Positions 54,231-64,000 of a DNA stretch of 64,000 nucleotides are shown piece after piece. Each line of letters begins with the position of its first letter. Positions within the stretch are counted from its first letter, which is position 1. The translations under genes and the position numbers were made by a program. The stretch lies in contig CDPCPM010000056.1 of NCBI GenBank assembly GCA_976551045.1, positions 29,884,001 to 29,948,000 of the forward strand, given 5' to 3'. Below the pieces are notes generated by a model that saw nothing but the letters and a program-made list of their open reading frames with translations, was not told the origin of the DNA and did not search any database. This DNA comes from Glaucostegus cemiculus (lineage: Eukaryota).

Positions 54231-54340
54231 CGTTCTGAAGACATGTAGCAACAAAATGAAACATTAACTCTGTTTCTGTAACCACAGATGCTGCCTGGTC
54301 TACAGAACACTTCCAGCATTTGGTGTCTTATTTTAATTCA
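54231..54340 (+). mobile_element. Penelope-like pLTR fragment with hammerhead relic
   Basis: GTT CTGAAGA...GAAAC ATT AAC TCTGTTTCT...CACAGATGCTGCCTG...TTCCAGCATTT. Confidence 0.6.
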
Positions 54341-54344
54341 CTGT

Positions 54345-54900
54345 CAAAGAGCCATAAAGTGTAGAACAGATCTTTTGGCCACCATGTCAATGCTGACCAT
54401 CAGGTATCTATCTGTCTATACCAGTACTTGGTCTGTAGCCTTCTATGCATTGACAATTCAAGAACTCGTCTAGATAATTCTTAAATGTTGTGCGAGTACA
54501 TGCATCCATCACCCCCTCAGTCAGTGCTTTCTAGATTTCAAGCAATCTCCAGTGTGGTAACTAGAATTGTGCACAGTATTCCAGATGGGAATAACCATGT
54601 TTTATAAAGTTGCACCATAAGCTCCCTGTGCTTATATTCTATGCCCTAGCTAACGAAGACAAGTATCACATAAGAGACAGACAGATTATGACTTTGTCTC
54701 TTCACCAGTTGCTAAGGGCCTGCAAAAGGAGGAGAGATGTCATGCAGGGACACAGCACCATCATGCATGCTTTCTTCATTATCTTATCTACTTGTGCTGC
54801 CACCTTCAGTGATCCTTGAACTTGTACACCAAGGTCCCTCAGTTCCTCAATAAACCCCAACGTCCTGCCATCCATTGTGTATTTTCAATCTTATTAGAAC
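54345..54900 (-). mobile_element. Degraded CR1 LINE 3' fragments
   Basis: Similar to 6924-7650, e.g. AGAATTGTGCACAGTATTCCAG, CCCTGTGCTTATATTCTATGCCC and GTACACCAAGGTCCCTC. Confidence 0.7.
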
Positions 54901-54981
54901 TCTCTAATTTTTTTTTGTCCCTGTCCATCCACGGTCTCATATTTTTTTGTAAAGGATTATTGGGGAGTTGTTCTTTTTCTT

Positions 54982-55215
54982 AATTTACAGCGTGGTAACG
55001 GGCCCTTTTGGCCCAACGAGTCCGCGCTGCCCATTTTAAACCCCCAGATTAACCTACCTGTACGTCTTTCAGAATGTGGGAGGAAACTGGAGCACCCGGA
55101 GGAAACCCACGCAGACATGGGAGAACATACAAACTCCTTACAGACAGCGACGAGAATTGAACCCCGATCGCTGGTGCTGTAACAGCGCCGGGCTAACCGC
55201 TATGCTTTCTGTGCT
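54982..55215 (-). mobile_element. V-SINE (HE1-like), second copy
   Basis: Reverse complement closely matches 5349-5597 over its whole length. Confidence 0.9.
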
Positions 55216-55426
55216 GCTCTATGCTATCTGTGTCTCTTCTTGCTCCCTCTCCACCTTATGCAGGCCCTTGGCACCTGGAGATGAGGTAAAATCATAATCT
55301 GTCTGTTATTTCTGTCAAAATACAACATTTAATCTAGTCAATGTTGGCAAATGTATTTCCTTTATGTCAAGACTGATTGTTTTACACCCTTTTCTTCAGA
55401 GGTTAGTTCACATCTTAAGGGTAAGA

Positions 55427-55916
55427 CACATAAAATGCTGGAGGAACTCAGCAGTTAGGCAATATCTATGGAGGGAAGTAAGCTGCCTCATTCCTGTGGT
55501 CCCCTCACCCCTTCCCTTTCCCCTCCCTTTTCCCCTCCCCTGCCCTCATGGCCTGCTCATCTATTCCCCACGTCCTTCTATTCATTCCATGGTCTACTGT
55601 CCTCTCCCATCGGATTTCTTCTTCATCCCTTTGCCTTTTCTACTTATCACATCTCAGTTTCTTATATGACCCCCTCTCATCCCCCCTCCCCCACCCACCT
55701 GCCTTTCCCCCTCTCACCTGGACTCACCTATCACCTGTCAACCTCCCCCTCCCCCAGCTTTCTTATTCTGCCCTCTTCCTTTCCAGTCCTGATGAAGGAT
55801 CTCAACCCAAAATGTTGACCGTTTATTTCCCTCCATAGATGCTGTCTGACCTGCTGAGTTTCTCCAGCATTTTGTGTGTGTTGCTCCAGATTCCAGAATC
55901 TGTAGAATCTCTTGTG
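55427..55916 (+). mobile_element. Penelope-like element remnant with inverted 5' segment and candidate 14-bp TSD
   Basis: Inverted repeat of ~55 bp (55425-55477 vs 55828-55880), a hammerhead-like core at 55784-55821, and flanking direct repeats TCTTAAGGGTAAGA (55413-55426) / TCTTAAAGGTAAGA (55917-55930). Confidence 0.7.
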
Positions 55917-56064
55917 TCTTAAAGGTAAGAGTATGCGTTACAGGAGATTTCAAAGTCATACATTGTGTCTTTATTTTTATATATTACCCTCAGTATTGTA
56001 CTATGTGAACATATAACAAAATTTGAAATAATATAGAAAGTGGAAATGTAAAGTTGATGTTAGA

Positions 56065-56415
56065 TTACATGTTCTCTATAATCTCAAAGTTGACAGGCTA
56101 GATACAGGGAAGATGTTTCCTCTGACTATGGAGTCCAGAATCAGGAGCACTGTTTCAGAATAAGGGGGAAGCTATTTAGGACCAAGATGGGGATAAACGT
56201 CTTCAGTCAGAGGGTGGTGACCCTCTAGAATTCGTTGTCCTGGGGGGCTGTGTTCATTCAAAACACAGATTGATAAATTTCTGGACATTAAGGGTCATGG
56301 GGATAATGTCAGAAAAAGGTGCTGAGGTGGAAGATCAGCCATGATCTTAAGGAATGGTGGCACAGGCTTGAAGGACTTAGTGGCCTACACCTGCTCCCAT
56401 TTCTTCTTATGTTCC
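56065..56415 (+). mobile_element. CR1 LINE 3' end
   Basis: GGGAAGATGTTTCCTCTG...GAGTCCAGAATCAGGAGCAC...CTTCAGTCAGAGGGTGGTGA...GATCAGCCATGATCTT...GGCCTACACCTGCTCC. Reverse-complement similar to 6930-7290. Confidence 0.85.
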
Positions 56416-57429
56416 CTACAGCCAGCAGCTATTAGTGGTGCGCCTTAGTAAATTGGAAGATGCAAAACTGAGGTACAAGTCCTGTGGGAAACTCTAATTA
56501 CAAACCAAACCCAAGGTAGTCTTAGGAATTAAAAATTAGAAGATGCCAGAAAATGATGTTATATAAAAATTATATTTTGGTATCCTGTAGGTGTGTCAAC
56601 ATGGTTGCACTTTTACCTGATTTTGGTGTCTTTTTGCTCCCTTTTCTTTCCTTCCTGTTTTCCTGTAATAGCTCTTCATTGTTCTTCTCTCTTCATTGTT
56701 CCCTTTCCTTTCATTTGGATTGGGAAGTGAGGGGAAGCTCGGCAGAGAAGGATCCACCAACTGCTATTGGCTACTTTTAGATTGAAGAATTATGAGGAAA
56801 ATATAGCTGGCAGTGGTTGTGTTCCCATTCTCTTGTGCAACAAATAATCGTTCATTCTCAATGCAGTATTTACTTAATCAGCTTCTCATTATTCCTTTTC
56901 TTTCCAACTGTATCCCACTCCCATCCCTTAAATAACCCACTCAGCCACTGTAGTCTCTGCTGTTCCTTTGTGGCTCACTTCCCTAGATACCTAACCCTGT
57001 CGCCTTATATCACTTCCTCATCTACTCACCCTCTCCAACAAGAGGAACAGAAATACTAATAGGTTTTTTTCTTCTTAGTCAGATACCCTCCTTGTTTCCT
57101 CTTACTTTTGTCTCTCTACAAGGCTTTGCTTGCTTTAAAAATTCAACTATTTTCCAGAAATCAAGTATGAGTGAGAAGAGAAGCTGCTTGCCTACCATGT
57201 TTTCTACTTGTACCTTTCCCTTTATCCCATTGTCTCATAGCAGTTGGACAATAGAATCCCTGCCCCTGAAGTGCCCCTTGCATTGTTTTTTTCCAACAGT
57301 CCACAGTAATACCCAGAAGACAATTAATAAAATCTAACTTCAATTTCACATTACCTTTAAGTAGTAGCAGCTGAAGAAATGCATGCTTATTGCTCACACT
57401 ACCAGATCTTGTCTTCCTTTCCAAAGTTT

Positions 57430-57560
57430 AATGAAAGAAAATTGCACTTATGTGTGCCTTACATATAAACAACCACAGGATATCCCAAAGCACTTTGCAG
57501 CCAAAGAACTTCTGTAGTGTCATCATTGTTGCAATTCAGGAATTAAATTCATGCACAAAT
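57430..57560 (-). mobile_element. DeuSINE/L2-type 3' tail fragment
   Basis: GAAAATTGCACTTATGTGTGCCTT...CAGGATATCCCAAAGCACTTTGCAGCCAA...TGTAGTGTCATCATTGTTG. Confidence 0.6.
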
Positions 57561-57673
57561 TAATGGCTTCAACATTGGTGTAATCAAATCCTTGTTTTGG
57601 TTGTTCTTCCCATTCACATGTACACAGACTCTTTCCAACAAAATAATTGTTTAACTTTGCTCCCAGTGAAGTT

Positions 57674-57765
57674 CTAGAAACACGTCCTGTGAATTATTTT
57701 CAAATAATGTTGTAAAACCTAGAAACATGTCCTGTGAATTATTTTCAAATATTGTTGTAAAACCT
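57674..57765. repeat. Tandem duplication, 2 x 45 bp
   Basis: CTAGAAACAYGTCCTGTGAATTATTTTCAAATAWTGTTGTAAAAC occurs twice with 2 mismatches. Confidence 0.95.
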
Positions 57766-57992
57766 TTCAACAGAAACTCGCTAGAAGTGAAGGAAAACAT
57801 TTTCTTCAGAATGGCTGGCTGAACAGCACTCCAGGGGATTATATGCACTGCATAAACTCAGACTGCAGAACTCAAGAATAATCAACTGCATGCCCTGGGA
57901 TTTGGGAGAAGCTGAGATCTTCAGGTAGAAATTTTAATGAAGAATTAAAAGTATACTAAAGACAATCCAGTGGATTAATCACATTTTTTATG

Positions 57993-59640
57993 ACATAAGC
58001 ACTTAAGAAATAGGGACAAGATTAGACTATACGGCTGCTTGGGCATGCTCCACCATTCAATAAAATCTTGTGGTGTTGGTTTCAGATCCATATTCCTGCC
58101 TTTGCCCATAATCCTTGACTCTTCTATTGTCCTAAAGTTTGTCGAATGTCACCTTGAAAAGTTTTCAGTGATTTAGCCTCTATGGTTCTCTAGGTCAGGG
58201 AATTCCCAAGAATGATGATTCTTTGAGAGAAATGATAATACTCATTACCTATACCTTAAATGGGCAACCCCTTATTCTGAAACCATGCACAATTCCCCCA
58301 AAGGGCAATATCCTTCCTGTGTTCACCTTGTCATATATTCTCAGATTGTATATATTTCATTAAGATTGCACTTCTTCTGAACTCCATTGAGTATAGGCCC
58401 AATCTGCTCTCTTCATAAGACAACTCCTTCATCCAAGGAATAATCTGGTGAATTATCTTTGGATTGCCTCCAATGCAAGTATAGCCTTCCTTCAATAAAG
58501 AGATAAAAGCTGAATGCTATATTCCATGTGCTCTCTCCTATCTAGACTTCCTTGCTTTTACACTCCATCCCCTTTACAAAGGCCAACATTCCCTTTGCCA
58601 TTGCATTGGTGAGCTAAGTTTGTGTACATCCTGAGTCTAGATCCCTCTGCACCATAACATTCTATAATCTATTTCCATTTAAAAATATTCTGCTTTTCTG
58701 TTCTTTTCACCGATCTGCATGGCCTCACATAACTTCACTTCGTACTCCAACCTACCAAATATTATTAGCCCAATCCATTTGATTCCTTTTGCAGAGCTCC
58801 TGTGTCATTATCATAGCTTGCTTTTTCCACTTATCTTTTGTATCATCACCAAATCTGGCTTTAATATATTTAGTCCCTTCATTTAGTCAGTAATATTGAA
58901 TATGAGTTATTTTGGTCCCCACCACCAATCCCTCTAGTAACTCACTATTTATTTATCCCAATAGTCTCAATAGTGTTTGCTGTTAGTTAGACAATCCTTT
59001 ATCCTAGCTAATATATTACCCTAATGCAATGTGCTTTTATCTTAATTCTGTAACATTTTATGTGGAACTTTATCAAATGCCTTCTGGAAATCCAAATGCA
59101 CTATATAATACTGGTTCCCCTTTAACCATTCTATTCATCATATCCTCATAGTAATTTACTAAATTTGTCAAACACAGTTCTCCTTTCATAAAATCAAGTT
59201 GACTCTGCTTGTTTGTATTATGATTTTCTAAATGTCCTGCTCCACTTGCTTAATAACAAATTCCAGCATTAACCCAGTGACAGATGTTAGACTAATTGGC
59301 CTGTGCTTTCCTGCTTTCTGTCTCTCTCTCCTCTCTTTTAGAAATATGCTATATTAGCAGTTTTCCAATTCACTTGGAACTTTCCAGAATCCAGGAAATT
59401 TTGGAAGATCACAACCAATGCATCCATCTTTGCAGGTACTTATTCTGACACCAAGGATGCAGGTCCAAGGAACCAGTCTGTTTTTAGTTCATTCGATTGC
59501 CTAGTACCTTTTCTCTCTGGTAAATTCTCCCTTTCTTTCCACCACCCCTCCACCCCCAGTTTCCACTATCAAAGGGATACTTTTGGTTCCTACCATCAAA
59601 GCCGATGCAAAATATTCCTTATTTCCCATTATTCGTTTAG
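57993..59640 (-). mobile_element. Old 5'-truncated CR1 LINE
   Basis: Colinear decayed similarity to 6924-8585, including the ACATAAG...GAAATAGG tail, TTATCAAATGCCTTCTGGAAATCCAA (LDFQKAFDK) and AGATGTTAGACTAATTGGCCTG. Confidence 0.85.
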
Positions 59641-62368
59641 CAGTCCTAACTTTTAAAAGTCTCTAGCTTCTCTTACAGTTTTGTTATCATTTCCATTTGG
59701 TTATACCCATTTTTTGATATTAGAAATTTCACTTACCGGAAAGAATTAAAAGACAATATGTCTTCAGAAAGAAGTTTGAAAGGATTCTGGGGACATAGGA
59801 AGACAATCAGCATGCTTATATTAGTGATTTATATTTTAAGTGTAACTTGGGAATTTAATAATGTTAAGTGTGTCAATTGGAAGGCAAATGGTGATAATTG
59901 GAAATGTGACATTTGAAATTATAACATTACTTTGAACTGGATGTGGCTCTGCAAACAATAAATTAAGGTGTAGGGCAATCTTCAGGCGAAGTTGCATACG
60001 GGACAAGAGTGGTAATTAGACCAAGGAAGGAAGATGTAATTCAATTCTTATTTTGAAGGAATATACTCTTTCCTTCTATTATGGATTCCTACATCCATGT
60101 TTGCTTTTTATCCTGTCTGTGTTAAAATATCATGCTTCTGGCATAACCAGTATCACTCCCCTTAGGCAATTTATCTGAGAGAGGTGAGGGATTTAAAAAA
60201 AACCCTTGAATTTAAAGAAAAAGTACTGTGAATTTCTTCTGCGGCCTCCACAGAAATTAATGTAACCTACCAGAGTCTGAATTGGTTGGCATCACCACAT
60301 GCATCTAGCTTCCATAACTAAGAAGATATGCATTAAGGATATATAGTTACATTTCCTATTTAGATTAAACAGTAGCAAATGAAGCACATTCCTTATTCAA
60401 AACTTCCTAAGAGTTGGATATGGAACCTGGAACAAATCAGTATTTGCCTAAATGCTTCCCCTAAGATAAAATAAGTGACTTTGTGATATTTTAACATAAG
60501 ACCTTACAGAACTAATATCCTCAGATGTAGTACAGATCTATTCAAAGCGTAAAGGAGGGATTCAGAATTATCCAGCCTGCTCCTGAGGGAGAATTCTGAT
60601 CAATATATGTGTATTTTAAAGGCACAGTGTGAGAATTAACTTCAGGCAGGCAATATTTGGATTTTATCACCTGAAATTTTATTATATAGCCCAATTGAAA
60701 TAAAGTTTAATGCAATGGCTAAAATGTAAGAGAGGCCATGGTGAATTTTTCACATTCATTTTTATAATAACAAATATCAGAATTCATATCAATAACATTT
60801 GATTATAAATCAAAACAAATTATTATAATCTATATAAGTCTAATCAGCCAGGCATTTATAGATTTATGTGTAATTTTCTGTTTCCTGCCTTCGAAGGCGC
60901 ATTGATTAGTATTGTAAAAGAGACTCATGCCCAAAAAAATAAGCAAAAGAGGTCATTATTTCAGTTAAGAACCATGAGAGGTACAGCAAATATGGACATA
61001 ACTAAATTTCTTAGCTTAAATGGCATACCAAAGCTAAAGGAGATGAGGAAAAAATGCTGATTTAAAACTGAAATTTCAAAATATCTTACTGTGCATACTA
61101 GTCTATCTGTACTGCATAATCCCTTCAAAACTGTTATAAAGGGAATAAAAAATGGGAGAAGGAAAGATTGTTAGAGGGAAATGTTAAGGAACAGGATAAA
61201 AAGGACAAAAGACAACTCAAGTATAAAAGAAACAGGAAAAGAGCACCTAAACAGATTATAAAGCTTCATTTACTATAAAGATTCATAGTGTATACAAGCA
61301 GCATTAGAATGGATTGTAATTTATGCAAGAAATTTATCTTCCGGAAGTCTGAGTTTGAAAAGAAAACAATCAAAGTAGTATGTACACAAGAAACTTGGCA
61401 ACGAACCGGATGGCAAACCACATACTTTTGCATCATTTAGATGGTTATCACTTGTGGTGATATGGTTCTAAGACTTTAGCACCTGCTTTCAATCCACATC
61501 CAACTGAAGTGTGATTAGCAAAGCGCTGCATGTTACTACCTGGGAACAAGAGTGCCTTTTACTAATTTCAGCACAAATCCTGATAACATGATATAGGTTG
61601 GAAAATCTTACCAGAGCAAGACTCAATAAAAAACAGTACTGAAACACACACCTGTTACTCAGCCAGGGACAATGCTTGAGTGTAATCTTCTACAATGATC
61701 TGAGAAAAGAGTTTTTCTATACTTTCAGGTAATTACAATATCACATTCTGTAACAGATTGTTACTGGGCCAGAAATAGCAACCTCCAGAACTAATGAATA
61801 AACAACAAATGTTAGCTTATCCCTTTTTGAAACGCTAGCATCCTTTCCAGTGACATGAAATATAGGCCTTGTCATAAGCACATGAAATAAGATGTAATTA
61901 GATTCGTTCAATAATACTTCACTTGAATGACATCCAATTTCTCAAAAGTCCCAAATTAAATGATACAAAAACATTCTCCATGACTTTGTAGCATGTTTGA
62001 CTTCATCATTTTTGGCATCAAATTTGTACAATGATATTTCATTTAAAAGTACCAGGAACTTGATTTTGTAATGTCTAATGTTTCTGGATTTTCACTTGAA
62101 GTTGACGATTGCTCTAGTACAGGTCCATTTTCAGGAACTTAATCAATGACAATGGTTTTTTTTGTCTCAGTTTCAGATGAAAATCACTAAAAATGTTACA
62201 TGTCAATTTGAAAACAAGACAGAAATCTGGTCGCACTTTCGAACTGTTACCGCCTGTGAATTTTGCAATAGGTGGGAAAAAGAGGCCTATTGTTTTCGAT
62301 CTTAATCCTTGGGTGCAGCCAGGCAGTTAGTCTTGAAACTAACTGAGTCTTGAAATTGTGTTCAATTT

Positions 62369-62806
62369 TGTTGTCGTGGCTATCCCTCGAGGTCGAGGAT
62401 GATGGTCTTCATTCCGTTGATCTATGTATGGGCTCTCAAGTGGCTTATGAGTCCAATCTTGGCTCATACAGAGAGAAGACACCCGTGTGTGTATTTGTTT
62501 AACATGTACTTGATATGGCACTACAAAAAGCACACAATACTTCACAAATCAACCAACTGATTCCAATGGCACGGAAACCACGACGATTAGAGCTGATGGA
62601 TTTGTTGCAGCCTCCATCCACCTTCACAGCTGTTGAGTTCGAAGTAACTTCATCTGTCTGTTCCACCACTGAGGTCTTGGTTGGATTGTCCTTTGTCAGA
62701 GACCTCATCATCAACCTTACCGCCATAGCTCCAGACAGCATTGCTCTCGGGATCTCAGAACTACACAAGCTTCTGCACCACAACAAGGTGACAATCCACG
62801 GAGAAG
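62369..62806 (-). mobile_element. Non-autonomous RTE-derived retroelement (RTE 5' end + 3' end), 438 bp
   Basis: Perfect 9-bp flanking direct repeat GTTCAATTT (62360-62368, 62807-62815). The 5' part GTCACCTTGTTGTGGTG...CTGACAAAG resembles RTE/BovB/Expander 5' ends. The 3' part CATCCTCGACCTCGAGGGATAGCC plus ACGACAACA resembles RTE 3' ends. Confidence 0.75.
62683..62806 (-). ncRNA. Candidate HDV-like ribozyme fold at the element's 5' end
   Basis: Nested order P1 CUUCUCC, P2 GGAUUGUC, P3 ACC, L3 UUGUUGU, P3' GGU, P1' GCAGAAG, P4 GAGAUC/GGUCUC, J4/2 CAAAG, P2' GACAAUCC. P1 has one mismatch, and G1 and a canonical P1.1 are not seen. Confidence 0.5.
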
Positions 62807-63089
62807 GTTCAATTTCACCCCATTTTGACAATATGAAGTTTCAACCAAATACCCTTGCAATTTCATTAGAAAAGCCCAAAGTTAAAAGAGCCATCACTTG
62901 AAAACAGTGTAAACAATTGGGGCTCTAAGAAATGTTAAACTTTTAGTATATTTCTATTTTGAACCATGAAATATAAGTTTCAACTCACTTAACCATCATT
63001 CATTCACATCAAGCATAGCTACTAGAAATTCTATTGCATGGCAATGGGTACATGATATGATTAATGCATTGGGGCATCATCAACTGTTT

Positions 63090-63400
63090 TGGTTGTGGCC
63101 TTGTCACTGCAAACTTAAGTGGCACCTGAGGCCTAAGGCCAGGTTTGGTGGCTTTGGAGTGAAAAGGAAGGTCAATGGATGTAGGATTGAGATAGGGAAA
63201 TAGTTGATTGGGTAAGCAACAGCAAAGGAATTGGGGATGAACACCCCCAAATGGGTCAGTGTGAAAATTGGAGTGTGGTAATAGGCTGATTGGAGATTTG
63301 GGGGAATTGATGATTGAAACAGGATGGGGAATGAGTGTCAGGGTCAAGAGAGTGCAGGAATGTTGAACCAAAGAATAAAAATACATAAATGGGACCACAG
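63090..63400 (-). mobile_element. Possible very decayed LINE (L2-like endonuclease) relic
   Basis: Purine-rich plus strand with only weak resemblance. The ORF 63009-63398 has no convincing domain. Confidence 0.25.
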
Positions 63401-64000
63401 AGAGGTCATAATCCTATGATGTGCTATGAAGAGCTAAAAAGGGTAATTGCACTAGGACTGACATTATTTATTGTGCATTTCATGTCAAATGCACATCTGT
63501 GACTCACAATAGGAAGTTCCTGGTCAAGTTTCTGAAGTGACATAGAAACAACCTGGAAATGCTTGTTATTGTGTTTCACACTATAGTAAATACATTCCCA
63601 ATTCTGTAGTGCTGAAATAAACTACATAATCTGGTTTCCAAGCCAACATCGTTAAAAAATCACAGTTATGAAGAATTTTCAGTTTTGCATATCCCTGCTA
63701 TTTGGTGATAAAAATGCATTAACATCAAAGACATAGGCTATATCTCAGAAATTATAATTTCATAAAAGAAATTATTAAGTTGCACTCGAAGACCGGGCAA
63801 AGGATTATTGCCTGATATTCCTGCAATTTGGTTACAATATTGAGAGCCTCCTCTATTAAGTGCATTTGAAGGATGTTTGAGAATCAGGTGTGTGGCTGGT
63901 TTTGTCTGCAAAGGTTCATCAAGATGGAGGAATTTATTGGCGGATGTGAAAGATCGAGAAGTTTTCGTAATTCATGCAACCAAAATACTACAATGCCTTT

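Noticed and set aside
57674-57765. CRISPR-like repeat
   Set aside because: Two adjacent copies with no spacer in a vertebrate genome.
62499-62901. 110-aa and 128-aa ORFs
   Set aside because: They overlap the RTE-derived non-coding element, cross its boundary and show no RT or endonuclease motifs.

Overview
Eukaryotic vertebrate DNA, most likely a cartilaginous fish (shark, ray or sawfish). This is inferred from the repeat set: HE1-type V-SINEs, CR1/HER1-like LINEs, DeuSINE/SacSINE1-like and Penelope-like relics. The only protein-coding gene I can support is the 5' part of NFIA (nuclear factor I A) on the minus strand. It comprises a 27-nt coding first exon (MYSPLCLTQ, 37159-37133) in a CpG island, a 5.5-kb intron 1, the 532-nt DNA-binding/dimerisation exon 2 (31592-31061) and more than 31 kb of intron 2 running off the left edge. 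The central ~33 kb has almost no recognisable transposons, and ~35.5-53 kb retains CpGs. The flanks hold decayed retroelements. Best second-look items: (1) a 438-bp TSD-flanked RTE-derived non-autonomous element whose 5' end coincides with an HDV-like ribozyme fold; (2) a dense cluster of nuclear-receptor half-sites in intron 2; (3) a strong-Kozak uORF whose stop overlaps the NFIA start codon; (4) several candidate alternative first exons; (5) Penelope-type hammerhead ribozyme relics. Repeat families were recognised from memory of consensus motifs, not by database search, and repeat boundaries are approximate unless stated. No prokaryote-type system (CRISPR, operon) is present.
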